Assembly (NCBI GenBank): GCA_039024315.1
Contig: JBCCQN010000005.1
Coordinates: 23,469 to 87,468, forward strand
DNA length: 64,000 nucleotides
Source of the DNA: Bacteroidota bacterium
Lineage (GTDB): Bacteria > Bacteroidota > Bacteroidia > J057
Direction of reading: 5' to 3'
Part shown: positions 18,516-27,671 of the stretch, piece by piece
Numbering within the stretch: position 1 is the first letter of the stretch
How the letters are laid out: every line of letters starts with the position of its first letter
Notes under the pieces: model-generated
What the model saw: only the letters and a program-made list of their open reading frames with translations
Told to the model about the DNA's origin: nothing
Databases searched by the model: none
Translations under genes and position numbers: made by a program

Positions 18516-19622
18516 ATGAATCAAAAAAACTGCTTCATTCTTTGCCTTTTTATCGTCCCTTGTTTGCTTTTCGGTCAAACCGAAGGCCGGCAAGTCAAAG
18601 TCGGTTTCGGACTCGATGGGATTAGTTATGTGGGTGATCTTTCGGACCCTAATCAAAGAATCCATCGTATCTATCCTGGAGCCAATCTCTCCATTCAACT
18701 GGAAGGCCCCAAACGACTCAAAATCCAACTCAATGGTGGTTTTGGTAAGTTTAGTGAACAATACGATGACGTAAGACCTAGCTCCAGTCCTGGCGTTACC
18801 GTCAATACTTTCGTCGAAACCTCCTTTTATTATGGAGATCTTCGCCTCAAATATCGCTTTCCGATCAGTGATCGATTCCACCCTTTTTTGACCGCGGGCG
18901 CTGGGGTACTCTCTTTTACCCCCCGAGATCAGGAAGGACGTTTTCTCAATGATGCTAGCTTTACGCGCGAGCCAGATGAAAATTATAGTACCATCGTACC
19001 GCAAATTCCAGTAGGCGCAGGGGTACAGGCTCGCATCAATCCTGCGGTTTCGCTCAGTTTAGAATATCTATTTCGCTACACTCCGACGGACTATCTTGAT
19101 AATATCGGCAGACTAGGTACTAGAGCAGGCCATGATTTTTTGCATGGTTTACAGCTAAGTATGTACATCACTTTGAATGCTCCTCCACCTGCTACTCAGC
19201 CACAACCTTATTATAATGCGCAGGTCGTGGACACAGCCGAAGCTCCACTTGATACTATGGCCGAAAAAGTAGCCGTGATGGAAGAGGCGGTAGAGGAGAT
19301 GTTGGCCGAAGAGGAGCCCACGAGAGATTCTGCACCAATAGAGACTGAGAGTTCGGCGGAGCCGAAAACTCCCCTAGAAGCACCGGCTCCAGCAGAAGAA
19401 CCCCCAAGCAAACTAGGCGAAGATGCTACTGATTGGGCCGCCAAAGAAAAAGAAGCCATTGAGGCGGAGGAGTATATCACCCACAAAGTAAAAAAGAACG
19501 ATAGCCTCGCTAGCATTGCCCAACAATATCATGTCAGTATTGAAGGTCTGATGCAAGTCAACTATCTTAGCTCTCAAACCATTCTCAAAGGACAAAAAAT
19601 CCGAGTACCAAAGGTGGAATAA
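18516..19622 (+). CDS. Outer-membrane beta-barrel protein with Pro/Glu-rich linker and one C-terminal LysM domain
   Basis: 368 aa. The N-terminal about 210 aa have alternating beta-strand patterns, followed by the linker PPPATQPQPY..EAPAPAEEPP. The LysM motif is HKVKKNDSLASIAQQYHVSIEGLMQVNYL..ILKGQKIRVP. Confidence 0.75.
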   Translation: MNQKNCFILCLFIVPCLLFGQTEGRQVKVGFGLDGISYVGDLSDPNQRIHRIYPGANLSIQLEGPKRLKIQLNGGFGKFSEQYDDVRPSSSPGVTVNTFVETSFYYGDLRLKYRFPISDRFHPFLTAGAGVLSFTPRDQEGRFLNDASFTREPDENYSTIVPQIPVGAGVQARINPAVSLSLEYLFRYTPTDYLDNIGRLGTRAGHDFLHGLQLSMYITLNAPPPATQPQPYYNAQVVDTAEAPLDTMAEKVAVMEEAVEEMLAEEEPTRDSAPIETESSAEPKTPLEAPAPAEEPPSKLGEDATDWAAKEKEAIEAEEYITHKVKKNDSLASIAQQYHVSIEGLMQVNYLSSQTILKGQKIRVPKVE

Positions 19623-19629
19623 CAAGCTC

Positions 19630-21009
19630 ATGCGTCAGCTGCTCACATCTTTGCTTCTTGTGGCAGGGATTAGTTTCCTACAAGCCCAAGATGGCCCCCC
19701 GCCCATTCGAATTGGTGTGGGTATGATGGGAATTTCCTATGCGGGAGATTTGACGGTTGATGACGGCTCATTTCAGCGTTTTTCTCCCGGTGGGCATTTA
19801 GCAGTCCAATTTGCTGGTGCCAAAAAATTGCGGCCAGCCCTCATCGCTGGTTATGGCGGTTTTAGAGAACAAATCGATGTTTTTCCCGGAAATATTCCAG
19901 CCGGTATTGAGCCCAATACCTTTGTAGAGACAAGTTTCTTTTTTGCTGATTTTCGACTGCAATACTATTTTTTCAAAGATGCCCGTATCAGCCCCTATCT
20001 TGCAGCAGGCTTGGGGATGTTTTCTTTTTCTCCTCAAGATCAAGACGGAAACTTTTTGGGAGAAAATATCTTCACCCGCCAAGAAGGGGAAGCCTACAAT
20101 ACGACCATCGCTAGTTTCCCTCTCACTGCGGGGGTTAATATCGATGTCAATCAGGTGATTTCGCTTAGTTTGGGCTATACCCAACGCTTTACACCGAGTG
20201 ATTATCTTGACAATATTGGGCTGCTAGGAACCAAAGACGGTAATGATGTAGTCCAGCATTTTCAGATGGGGGTACATTTTACCTTAGTTCCCAAGGATCA
20301 GATTGATCGGCCACCGCCCCCCCAAGATCCAGATCGGCCATTGGATATTGTAGCCTTTCAAGCGGAGGACGATCGGAGGGGAGCGTTCCGGGTCCCGGAA
20401 CGCTTAGACACCGACGTACCACCTAATCGAGCAACGGTAGCCAAGCTAGAGCAATTAGTCGAACAAGACCTAGCTCTCATCCAACAAGCATCATCCGCTA
20501 ATACAGCCCTAGCAAAAAATCAAAATGGCTATCTCACCGAATGGCAAAGGCAAGAGCAGGAAGCTATATCGGCCCAAAAATTTGTTTATTATTCGGTCAA
20601 AACCACGGATCAGTTAGGAGATATTGCTAGGCGCTTCAAGACAACCCCCCAGAGTCTAAGACGGCTCAATCAATTGCAAAGTAATGACTTGAGCAATCGC
20701 GTCTATCTGCGGATTCCCGATCTGAGTGGAAACGCATCAGCTGATACAACAAGCTATAATATGGGTATTAGCGATACGATCGCTACGGACAGCACAATTG
20801 CAGAGACCACAAATTGGTTGGCGCTAGAAGAGGAGGCACTTAAAGCAGAAAGGTATCGCTTCATCTTTGTCTCAAAAGACCAACCCCTCAATACCGTAGC
20901 AGCTCAATACCATATCCGTTTAGAAACGATTCTCAAACTCAACTATCTCGCCTCCGCTATTCTAAAAGCAGACACTTATTTACGCATCCCTGACCTTGGG
21001 GTTTACTAA
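19630..21009 (+). CDS. Outer-membrane beta-barrel protein with two LysM domains (tandem paralogue of the previous gene)
   Basis: 459 aa. The N-terminal barrel aligns with the upstream protein (GISYAGDL.., FVETSFFFADFRLQYYF.., PSDYLDNIGLLGT). The LysM motifs are YSVKTTDQLGDIARRFKTTPQSLRRLNQL and FVSKDQPLNTVAAQYHIRLETILKLNYL. Confidence 0.75.
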   Translation: MRQLLTSLLLVAGISFLQAQDGPPPIRIGVGMMGISYAGDLTVDDGSFQRFSPGGHLAVQFAGAKKLRPALIAGYGGFREQIDVFPGNIPAGIEPNTFVETSFFFADFRLQYYFFKDARISPYLAAGLGMFSFSPQDQDGNFLGENIFTRQEGEAYNTTIASFPLTAGVNIDVNQVISLSLGYTQRFTPSDYLDNIGLLGTKDGNDVVQHFQMGVHFTLVPKDQIDRPPPPQDPDRPLDIVAFQAEDDRRGAFRVPERLDTDVPPNRATVAKLEQLVEQDLALIQQASSANTALAKNQNGYLTEWQRQEQEAISAQKFVYYSVKTTDQLGDIARRFKTTPQSLRRLNQLQSNDLSNRVYLRIPDLSGNASADTTSYNMGISDTIATDSTIAETTNWLALEEEALKAERYRFIFVSKDQPLNTVAAQYHIRLETILKLNYLASAILKADTYLRIPDLGVY

Positions 21010-21070
21010 GCAATCCTGAATTGTAAACTCCAATTACAGATACGTATATTGCTTTTCCAATTTGTTAGCT

Positions 21071-21730
21071 ATGAGCTCGGACTACCAGCCGTTTGAATCT
21101 TTGCCGCCTCGTAAAGTACTATTACACCATCGTTTGATATTATTGTGTGGTGGGACTTTCAGCCTGATCGGCTGGTCTTTTGTGGGTATGGGGAGTCTTT
21201 TTGCGACGGTGTTTGGTACCTTAGCTGCGACCCAGCCGGAGGATGGATCAAGGTATTTCCCCGTCATAGTGGCCCTCGTCTTTCTGACCGTGGGGATAGT
21301 ATTCTTGGGTTATGCCCTGAAACGCAACTTCAAAACGATTGACCTACTCACCAATGGCCAGTTTGCCCGCGGAAAAGTTATTAAACAGAGAAATACTCCT
21401 GGCAATATCAACGGACAACCCATCATTGAATATACCGTTAGTTTCGAAGCCGCAGATGGTAAGCAATATGAACTAAGTAGCAAAACCCATCTGAGAGATC
21501 GGATCGGAGACGAGTCAGAGGAACGGGTGTTATATCTGAGTGCCGATCCCTCATGGGGTGAAATATTTGACAGCATTCCTAACCGACCCGCGTTTTTTGC
21601 TGACGGTAGTATCAAACCACCGCACTGGGGTAATCTTATTTATTTGTTTATACCCAGTCTGGGTTTAATATCATTTTTAACTTTTGTCATTAGCGTTTTT
21701 GCCAACGTTCGAATGTTACTAAGTCTATGA
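21071..21730 (+). CDS. Membrane protein, DUF3592-like
   Basis: Two N-terminal TM segments are followed by a GKVIKQR..IIEYTVSFEAADGKQYELSSKTH beta-rich segment and a C-terminal TM. I chose the ATG at 21071; the track starts at the TTG at 21062. Confidence 0.5.
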   Translation: MSSDYQPFESLPPRKVLLHHRLILLCGGTFSLIGWSFVGMGSLFATVFGTLAATQPEDGSRYFPVIVALVFLTVGIVFLGYALKRNFKTIDLLTNGQFARGKVIKQRNTPGNINGQPIIEYTVSFEAADGKQYELSSKTHLRDRIGDESEERVLYLSADPSWGEIFDSIPNRPAFFADGSIKPPHWGNLIYLFIPSLGLISFLTFVISVFANVRMLLSL

Positions 21731-23484
21731 AACAAACTTTACTCTTGTGCATTACTTTAGTCAGTTTCTCTCTGCTCTTTGGGCAGCAAGAGTGGCAGAC
21801 ACCCTTTGAAAAAAGCAAAGGCAAAGCTACCGCAACTTACAGTGAAGCTATTGCTTGGTATCAACAGCTGGCCCAAAGCTCGGAGCAAATAAGCGTGCTG
21901 GAGTATGGTCTTACGGATGTCGGTAAGGCCCTCAACCTAGTGGTGATTTCCAAAGATGGCTTTAGTGATCCCCAAGAAATTAGGAGGAGAGGCAAACGCA
22001 TTTTATTGATCAACAATGCCATCCATCCGGGCGAGCCCTGTGGGGTTGATGCCTGTATGATGCTAGCCAGAGATTTGGTTCAGGATAGCGAAAAAAATCA
22101 ATTGCTGGACAAAGTCGCAATCGCCATTATCCCAATTTACAATATCGGTGGTGCGCTCAATCGGGATCCATATAGTCGTACCAATCAAGAGGGTCCAGAG
22201 TCTTATGGTTTTCGAGGCAATGCACGTAATTACGATTTGAACCGCGATTTTATTAAGACCGATACTCGGAACGCTAAGTCTTTTACTGAGATTTTTCAGG
22301 CTTGGCTGCCGGACGTATTTATCGACACCCACACTACCAATGGGGCAGACTATCCTGCGGTCTTGACCTATATCGAGACCCAGCCAGACAAAGTTCATCC
22401 AGCCATTGCCCACTTTATGCAAGAGCAAATGCTACCTGCCTTAGAGGCACATATGCAAGCAGATAGCAAGGAGATGTGTCGCTATGTTTATAGCCGCAAC
22501 ACCCCTGATGAAGGTATCGCTGCTTTTTTGGACTTACCGAGATATTCCTCTGGCTATGCTGCTTTATTTCAAACGATGAGTTTTATCACAGAGGCACATA
22601 TGCTTAAACCATTTCCCGAGCGAGTAGCAGCAACCTATAGTTTTATCGAAGGTATGCTACACTTTATGGCTCAAAATGCAGTAGCAATTGGGGAGGCGAT
22701 TGATAAAGCGAGGGAGGCTGTAGCAAAGCAGCAAGACTTTGACCTAGCCTGGACAATCGATACCGATAATGTAGAGACGCTCAACTTTCATGCTTACACC
22801 GCAGCTTATAAAAAGAGTGAGGTCAGCGGCGCTGAACGCTTATACTATGATCAGGAAAAAGATTACTACAAAGATATTCCTTGGTTTGCTCACTATAAAG
22901 CGACCGAGCAGGTCAGTAAGCCGCGGGCTTATATTGTGCCACAAGCGCAGTGGCCCGCCCTTGAACGCTTGAATTGGAATCAAGTCAAAATGTACACCTT
23001 AACAGAAGACATCGTCCTCGAGGTAGAGGTATATTATATCCGAGAGTTAGAGAGCAGTAAACAATCCTATGAGGGGCATTTTATGCACCAAAAATTCAAG
23101 CTCGAAGCTCAAACCCAAGAAATAGCGTTCTACGCAGGAGACAAAGTTATTTTTACCAATCAATGGAGAAACCCCTACTTGGTCCACGTTCTAGAACCTA
23201 AAGCACAAGACGCCTTTTTTAGGTGGAATTTTTTCGATGGCGTTTTGATGCAAAAGGAATACTTTTCTTCCTATGTATTTGAAGATGAGGCGGCCCAGAT
23301 GCTACGAGAGGATGCAGAATTAAAAGCAGCTTTTGAGCAGAAGAAAAAAGAAGATGCAGCCTTTGCCGAGTCGCCAAGAGCTCAGTTGAATTATCTCTAC
23401 CTGCGCTCCCCTCACTATGAAAAAACCCATCAACGCTACCCCATATTTCGTTGGCATCAGACTGATACATTACCTCTAAAATAG
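21727..23484 (+). CDS. M14-family zinc carboxypeptidase-like protein (secreted)
   Basis: 585 aa with a signal peptide. It has the zinc-site context NNAIHPGEPCGVDACMML, plus NYDLNRDF and IDTHTTNGADY. Confidence 0.75.
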   Translation: MKQTLLLCITLVSFSLLFGQQEWQTPFEKSKGKATATYSEAIAWYQQLAQSSEQISVLEYGLTDVGKALNLVVISKDGFSDPQEIRRRGKRILLINNAIHPGEPCGVDACMMLARDLVQDSEKNQLLDKVAIAIIPIYNIGGALNRDPYSRTNQEGPESYGFRGNARNYDLNRDFIKTDTRNAKSFTEIFQAWLPDVFIDTHTTNGADYPAVLTYIETQPDKVHPAIAHFMQEQMLPALEAHMQADSKEMCRYVYSRNTPDEGIAAFLDLPRYSSGYAALFQTMSFITEAHMLKPFPERVAATYSFIEGMLHFMAQNAVAIGEAIDKAREAVAKQQDFDLAWTIDTDNVETLNFHAYTAAYKKSEVSGAERLYYDQEKDYYKDIPWFAHYKATEQVSKPRAYIVPQAQWPALERLNWNQVKMYTLTEDIVLEVEVYYIRELESSKQSYEGHFMHQKFKLEAQTQEIAFYAGDKVIFTNQWRNPYLVHVLEPKAQDAFFRWNFFDGVLMQKEYFSSYVFEDEAAQMLREDAELKAAFEQKKKEDAAFAESPRAQLNYLYLRSPHYEKTHQRYPIFRWHQTDTLPLK

Positions 23485-23489
23485 TGGAA

Positions 23490-24638
23490 ATGGAGCAAGA
23501 CTTACGTGCTGAACTTATTGCTGCGCACGCCCGCATCAAAGAGTTGGAAAGTCGTCTCAACCAACAGAGCGACCAATTGCGTTTTTTTGTCAAGCAAGCC
23601 CCAGTAGCCATGGCCATGTTTGACAAGGATTTGAATTATCTCATTGCTAGCGAGAAATATGTTCAGGATTGGATCGGCAAGCGCGATTATTTGGGAATTA
23701 GTCATTTTACGCTTTTCCCCGATATGCTGGATAAATGGAAGGAAACATATAGGCGTTGCCTAAAGGGAGTAACAGAGAGCTGCTTAGAGGATCCGTTTCA
23801 CAATAAAGATGGCTCAGTGGACTATATCGACTGGGTAACTACTCCTTGGTATGACCAAAAGAATGAAGTCGGAGGCCTAATCCTTTATGCAGAACGAGCT
23901 AACGAGCGGGTCGAGGACAAGGAAAAATTGCTTCGCCTCAACCGCCAAATCAAAGGTCATAAGGAAAAGCTGGAAAGCTTAGTCTATGCGATCAGCCATA
24001 ATCTCCAACAACCATTAATGGCCTGTCTCTCGGTGCTAGAATTTGCCAAAGAGAGCCATGAAAAGCAACAACACCAAAGCGTAGAAAAGCGGTACCAATA
24101 CTTAGAAGCTACTCATAAAAGAATGCTCGCATCGCTAGAAGACTTTTTGGCGCATGCGCACCTTGAGGAACCAATCGGCATTTATCCAGTAGCACTCAAT
24201 GAGCTTGTCGATGAAATTTGCGAAAACCTGCAAAGTGAAATTGAAGCCAAAGAGATCGACTTTAGAGTACCCAAACTACCAATTATACACGCCAACGAGT
24301 TTGAGATGATGGCCCTCTTCCAAAACATCATTGCCAATGCGGTACGGCATAATCATCATGAACAAGCTTTCGTGCAAATTGATTTTCTGCCAGAAGGGGA
24401 CTTTTGGCAATTTAGTATCAAGGATAATGGGGAGGGAATCCCTGTTGAGAAACAGGCAGAAATTTTTGAATATACTCGGCCAGTAAACAACAAACATGCA
24501 GAGCGTCAGCTCGGAATTGGATTGGCTTTTTGTCGACGAATCGTCAAAAGTCTCAATGGCAAAATTTGGCTAGAATCTACCCCTACTCAAGGTACTACAG
24601 TTACATTTACCCTCCCTAGGGAATCTGATCATTTATAA
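23490..24638 (+). CDS. Cytoplasmic PAS-domain sensor histidine kinase (no cognate regulator adjacent)
   Basis: The H-box is AISHNLQQPL, the N-box NIIANAVRHN, G1 is DNGEGIP and G2 is GIGLAF. The PAS-like N-terminus reads FVKQAPVAMAMFDKDLNYLIAS. A GTG at 23484 overlaps the M14 stop, and the ATG lies at 23490. Confidence 0.8.
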   Translation: MEQDLRAELIAAHARIKELESRLNQQSDQLRFFVKQAPVAMAMFDKDLNYLIASEKYVQDWIGKRDYLGISHFTLFPDMLDKWKETYRRCLKGVTESCLEDPFHNKDGSVDYIDWVTTPWYDQKNEVGGLILYAERANERVEDKEKLLRLNRQIKGHKEKLESLVYAISHNLQQPLMACLSVLEFAKESHEKQQHQSVEKRYQYLEATHKRMLASLEDFLAHAHLEEPIGIYPVALNELVDEICENLQSEIEAKEIDFRVPKLPIIHANEFEMMALFQNIIANAVRHNHHEQAFVQIDFLPEGDFWQFSIKDNGEGIPVEKQAEIFEYTRPVNNKHAERQLGIGLAFCRRIVKSLNGKIWLESTPTQGTTVTFTLPRESDHL

Positions 24639-24665
24639 AATCGGTCTATTTATTACCTTTGAGCC

Positions 24666-25262
24666 ATGAAACGATTTCTCCCTTTTTTGATTGTTGCTAG
24701 TTTACTCATCTTCGCTTGTGAGAATGAGCCCTCCACAGACTCGCAAACCAAAAGCTCAGAGCCAACAAGTAGTATCGCTAATTCTGAAAAGCCGCAAACA
24801 CTTCCGGCTATCCCTCCTGTAGTTGAAGAGGCAGAAGAAACGGATCGTAATTTAGGCCAATCAGAGCTCAAAGATGCTTCTATTAATCAAGCGGGATTTC
24901 AACTTAATCTCAAACTTCCACCTGGAGCGAGTGTACAAGCAATGCCCGGCAATACCAAGGCACTCATGGTCAACGCGGAGGACGGTAGTTTTCAAATCGT
25001 CATCAGCGCAGCAGATATTGCTACGGAAGATTTGATTTCTTTGTGGCAGGACAGGCCGCCAGTAGGTAAATTTCGCCAGTTTATCGTCAATGGCAGAGGA
25101 GGCGTTCTCGCAGAGGTAGAAAGAGAAGGAAAAGCCGACTATCACGTGGATTATATCTTCGAAAAGTATCGCTTACATACGCCGTTTGATAAAAGCTTTA
25201 GTCGTATGCAAGCCACCAAGATTTTTAACGTTTGTCGTCAAATCCAAGGGATCAATCGTTAG
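24666..25262 (+). CDS. Hypothetical lipoprotein
   Basis: 198 aa with the lipobox LIFAC, followed by a Ser/Thr/Glu/Pro-rich linker. Confidence 0.55.
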   Translation: MKRFLPFLIVASLLIFACENEPSTDSQTKSSEPTSSIANSEKPQTLPAIPPVVEEAEETDRNLGQSELKDASINQAGFQLNLKLPPGASVQAMPGNTKALMVNAEDGSFQIVISAADIATEDLISLWQDRPPVGKFRQFIVNGRGGVLAEVEREGKADYHVDYIFEKYRLHTPFDKSFSRMQATKIFNVCRQIQGINR

Positions 25263-25263
25263 C

Positions 25264-26787
25264 CTAACCTTGATAACAGGCGAGGATCTCCTCTACATAT
25301 TTCCGCTCATTTGCTAATCGTGGCACTTTGTGCTGCCCCCCCAGTTTACCGCGGCTTTGTAGCCAGTGGTGGAAGCTCCCCGCAGGCAAAACCCTTATTA
25401 ATGGAGGTCTCAAAGCCATATCACCGGTCCTTTTGGCCTCATAATCCGAATTTAATTGCTTGAGGGTCTGATCTAAGACATCACGGAAATGAGTAATGTC
25501 TGTAGGCTCTTTTTCAAACTCGATTAGCCATTCGTGCCCTCCTCCCTCATTATCGCCAAAGTAAATGGGAGCAGCGGTATAATCAGCCACTTCTGCCTCA
25601 GTCGCCTGTGCTGCTGCGACCACGGCCATTTCGGCATTTTCTACAACCAGCTCTTCGCCAAAAGCATTGATAAACTGTTTGGTACGACCCGTAATCTTGA
25701 TTTTATAAGGTGAGAGATTAGTAAACTCGACCGTGTCTCCAATATTATAGCGCCATAAACCCGCATTGGTAGTGATGAGCATGGCATAATTACGACCTAG
25801 TTCTACTTCTCCCAAAGTATGCGTCTTAGGATGATCCTCATGCATGTGCTCAACAGGGATGAATTCGTAAAAAATCCCATGGTCAAGAAAAAGCAGTAGG
25901 TCGGACTCAGCCAGATCGTTTTGCGCCGCAAAAAAACCCTCAGAGGCATTGTAACAATCCAGATAAGACATGCTAGGCGAAGGGATCAGTTGCTCAAATT
26001 GCTTGCGATAGGGCTCAAACTTTACCCCTCCATGGATAAACAATTCCAGATTGGGCCATACATCCAATATATTGTTGGAGGTGATCCCTTTCTTGGCAAA
26101 GATGTGTCTAATCAGTACGAGTGTCCAAGTAGGCACACCAGCTATGGAAGTGATATCCTCGTCCATGACATCATTGGCCATGGCCTCAATTTTACTTTCC
26201 CACTCGGGCATAAGAGCCACGTCTTTTTGCGGTGCCCGCATGAGTTCAAAAAAACGGGGGAGATTTTCAGTCAGCACCGCGCTAACGTCTCCCACTCTTG
26301 TCTCATCATAGTAGGGATTGAGTGCATGGGAACCACCGATAGAAAGAGCTTTACCCGTAAAAAGCTTGCTGTCAGGTCGCTGCTCAAAATAAAAGGACAG
26401 CATATCCTGTCCCGCTTTGAAGTGGCACTCTTCTAAGGCATCTATGGTAACTGGAATGTATTTACTTTTGTCATTGGTAGTGCCGGAGGATTTGGAAAAC
26501 CATTCTACTTTACCGGGCCATAGGATATCGACCTCACCTTTCAGGGAACGCTCAATCCATGGAAACAAAGTTTCATACTTATTGATTGGCACACGCGCTC
26601 GAAACTGCTCGACGTTTTGAATGTCTGCATAGCCATAGGCTTTGCCCCATTCCGTCAGCTTTCCTCGGTGCATCATTTGGTCAAAATGCGCCTGTTGAAT
26701 GTCGAGAGGACGTTCGAGGAATCTTTCGATTTGATGCATGCGACGCTTTAAAATCCAGCTCGCAACCTTATGTACCAATAGTAGCAT
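25264..26787 (-). CDS. GH3 (auxin-responsive promoter) family acyl-adenylate-forming enzyme homologue
   Basis: 507 aa. The N-terminal pattern ..FRARVPINKYETLFPWIERSLKGE..LWPGKVEWFSKSSGTTNDKSKYIPVT is typical of bacterial GH3 proteins. Confidence 0.8.
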   Translation of the reverse strand: MLLLVHKVASWILKRRMHQIERFLERPLDIQQAHFDQMMHRGKLTEWGKAYGYADIQNVEQFRARVPINKYETLFPWIERSLKGEVDILWPGKVEWFSKSSGTTNDKSKYIPVTIDALEECHFKAGQDMLSFYFEQRPDSKLFTGKALSIGGSHALNPYYDETRVGDVSAVLTENLPRFFELMRAPQKDVALMPEWESKIEAMANDVMDEDITSIAGVPTWTLVLIRHIFAKKGITSNNILDVWPNLELFIHGGVKFEPYRKQFEQLIPSPSMSYLDCYNASEGFFAAQNDLAESDLLLFLDHGIFYEFIPVEHMHEDHPKTHTLGEVELGRNYAMLITTNAGLWRYNIGDTVEFTNLSPYKIKITGRTKQFINAFGEELVVENAEMAVVAAAQATEAEVADYTAAPIYFGDNEGGGHEWLIEFEKEPTDITHFRDVLDQTLKQLNSDYEAKRTGDMALRPPLIRVLPAGSFHHWLQSRGKLGGQHKVPRLANERKYVEEILACYQG

Positions 26788-26804
26788 GTAGTGATAGTAG
26801 AGCG

Positions 26805-27533
26805 TTAGCGATTGAGTTGGAAGTTCTCGCCTAGATAAAGGCGACGGGCTTCTGGATTATCCGCAATTTCTTCAGCAGTTCCAGAGATGCGAATTTCTCC
26901 CTCATACAATATATACGTTCGATCAGTAATGTTGAGTGTTTCGTGTACATTATGATCGGTAATAAGTATTCCAATATTACGGCGCGCTAGATCAGAGACC
27001 AGATGCTGAATATCTTCTACCGCCTTAGGATCAATCCCCGCAAAAGGTTCATCGAGGAGGATGAAATTAGGATTTACGGCGAGTGCTCGTGCAATCTCCG
27101 TGCGACGACGTTCTCCTCCAGAGAGCAGCTTACCTTTACTCTTACGAATATGGGTGATCGTAAACTCTTCGAGTAATTGATCGGTACGAGCTTGCCGTTC
27201 CTTTTTGGTCAACTTAGTCCCCATCTCCAATACGGCCATGATATTGTCCTCTACCGATAGATTGCGAAATACAGAGGCCTCTTGTGCCAGATAGCCAATA
27301 CCAAGTTGCCCACGGCGATACATAGGAAGATCTGTGATATCCTGATCATCCAAAAAGATTTGCCCTTGATTGGGGCGAATGAGTCCTACAATCATGTAGA
27401 AGCTGGTCGTCTTACCAGCCCCATTGGGGCCAAGGAGTCCCACAATTTCGCCCTGTTGTACTTCAAGAGACACGCCTTTGACTACGGCTCTTTGTTTGTA
27501 CTTCTTGACGAGTTGACGGGCCGATAGCTTCAT
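26805..27533 (-). CDS. lptB: LPS export ABC transporter ATP-binding protein
   Basis: Walker A is GPNGAGKTT, the signature motif is LSGGERRR and Walker B is [18 protein letters not shown] near the C-terminus is typical of LptB. I chose the ATG at 27533 ([12 protein letters not shown]); the track ORF extends to 27602. Confidence 0.9.
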   Translation of the reverse strand: MKLSARQLVKKYKQRAVVKGVSLEVQQGEIVGLLGPNGAGKTTSFYMIVGLIRPNQGQIFLDDQDITDLPMYRRGQLGIGYLAQEASVFRNLSVEDNIMAVLEMGTKLTKKERQARTDQLLEEFTITHIRKSKGKLLSGGERRRTEIARALAVNPNFILLDEPFAGIDPKAVEDIQHLVSDLARRNIGILITDHNVHETLNITDRTYILYEGEIRISGTAEEIADNPEARRLYLGENFQLNR

Positions 27534-27617
27534 AAGTTTGGTAGTTGCAAATTGATCGTTCTTGGTAAAGTTAAGATTATCAGAGAGTAATGGAGTAATC
27601 ATTATATGGAAAATTTA

Positions 27618-27649
27618 ATAAAAAAAGCGGTGCCTATGGAGACACCGCT
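27618..27649 (-). terminator. Rho-independent terminator of the 880-aa T9SS cargo gene
   Basis: The 7-bp stem AGCGGTG / CACCGCT (27626-27632 and 27643-27649) is followed on the minus strand by a T-run (A-run at 27620-27626 on the plus strand). Confidence 0.55.
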
Positions 27650-27671
27650 TCGATTTGTTGAATTCTTCTGC

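Noticed and set aside
18468-19004. 178-aa minus-strand ORF
   Set aside because: It is antisense to the barrel-LysM gene, which has a paralogue next door supporting the plus-strand frame.
25921-26436. 171-aa plus-strand ORF (with 26051-26311 and 26417-26620)
   Set aside because: It is antisense to the GH3-family gene, whose frame carries family-typical motifs along its full length.
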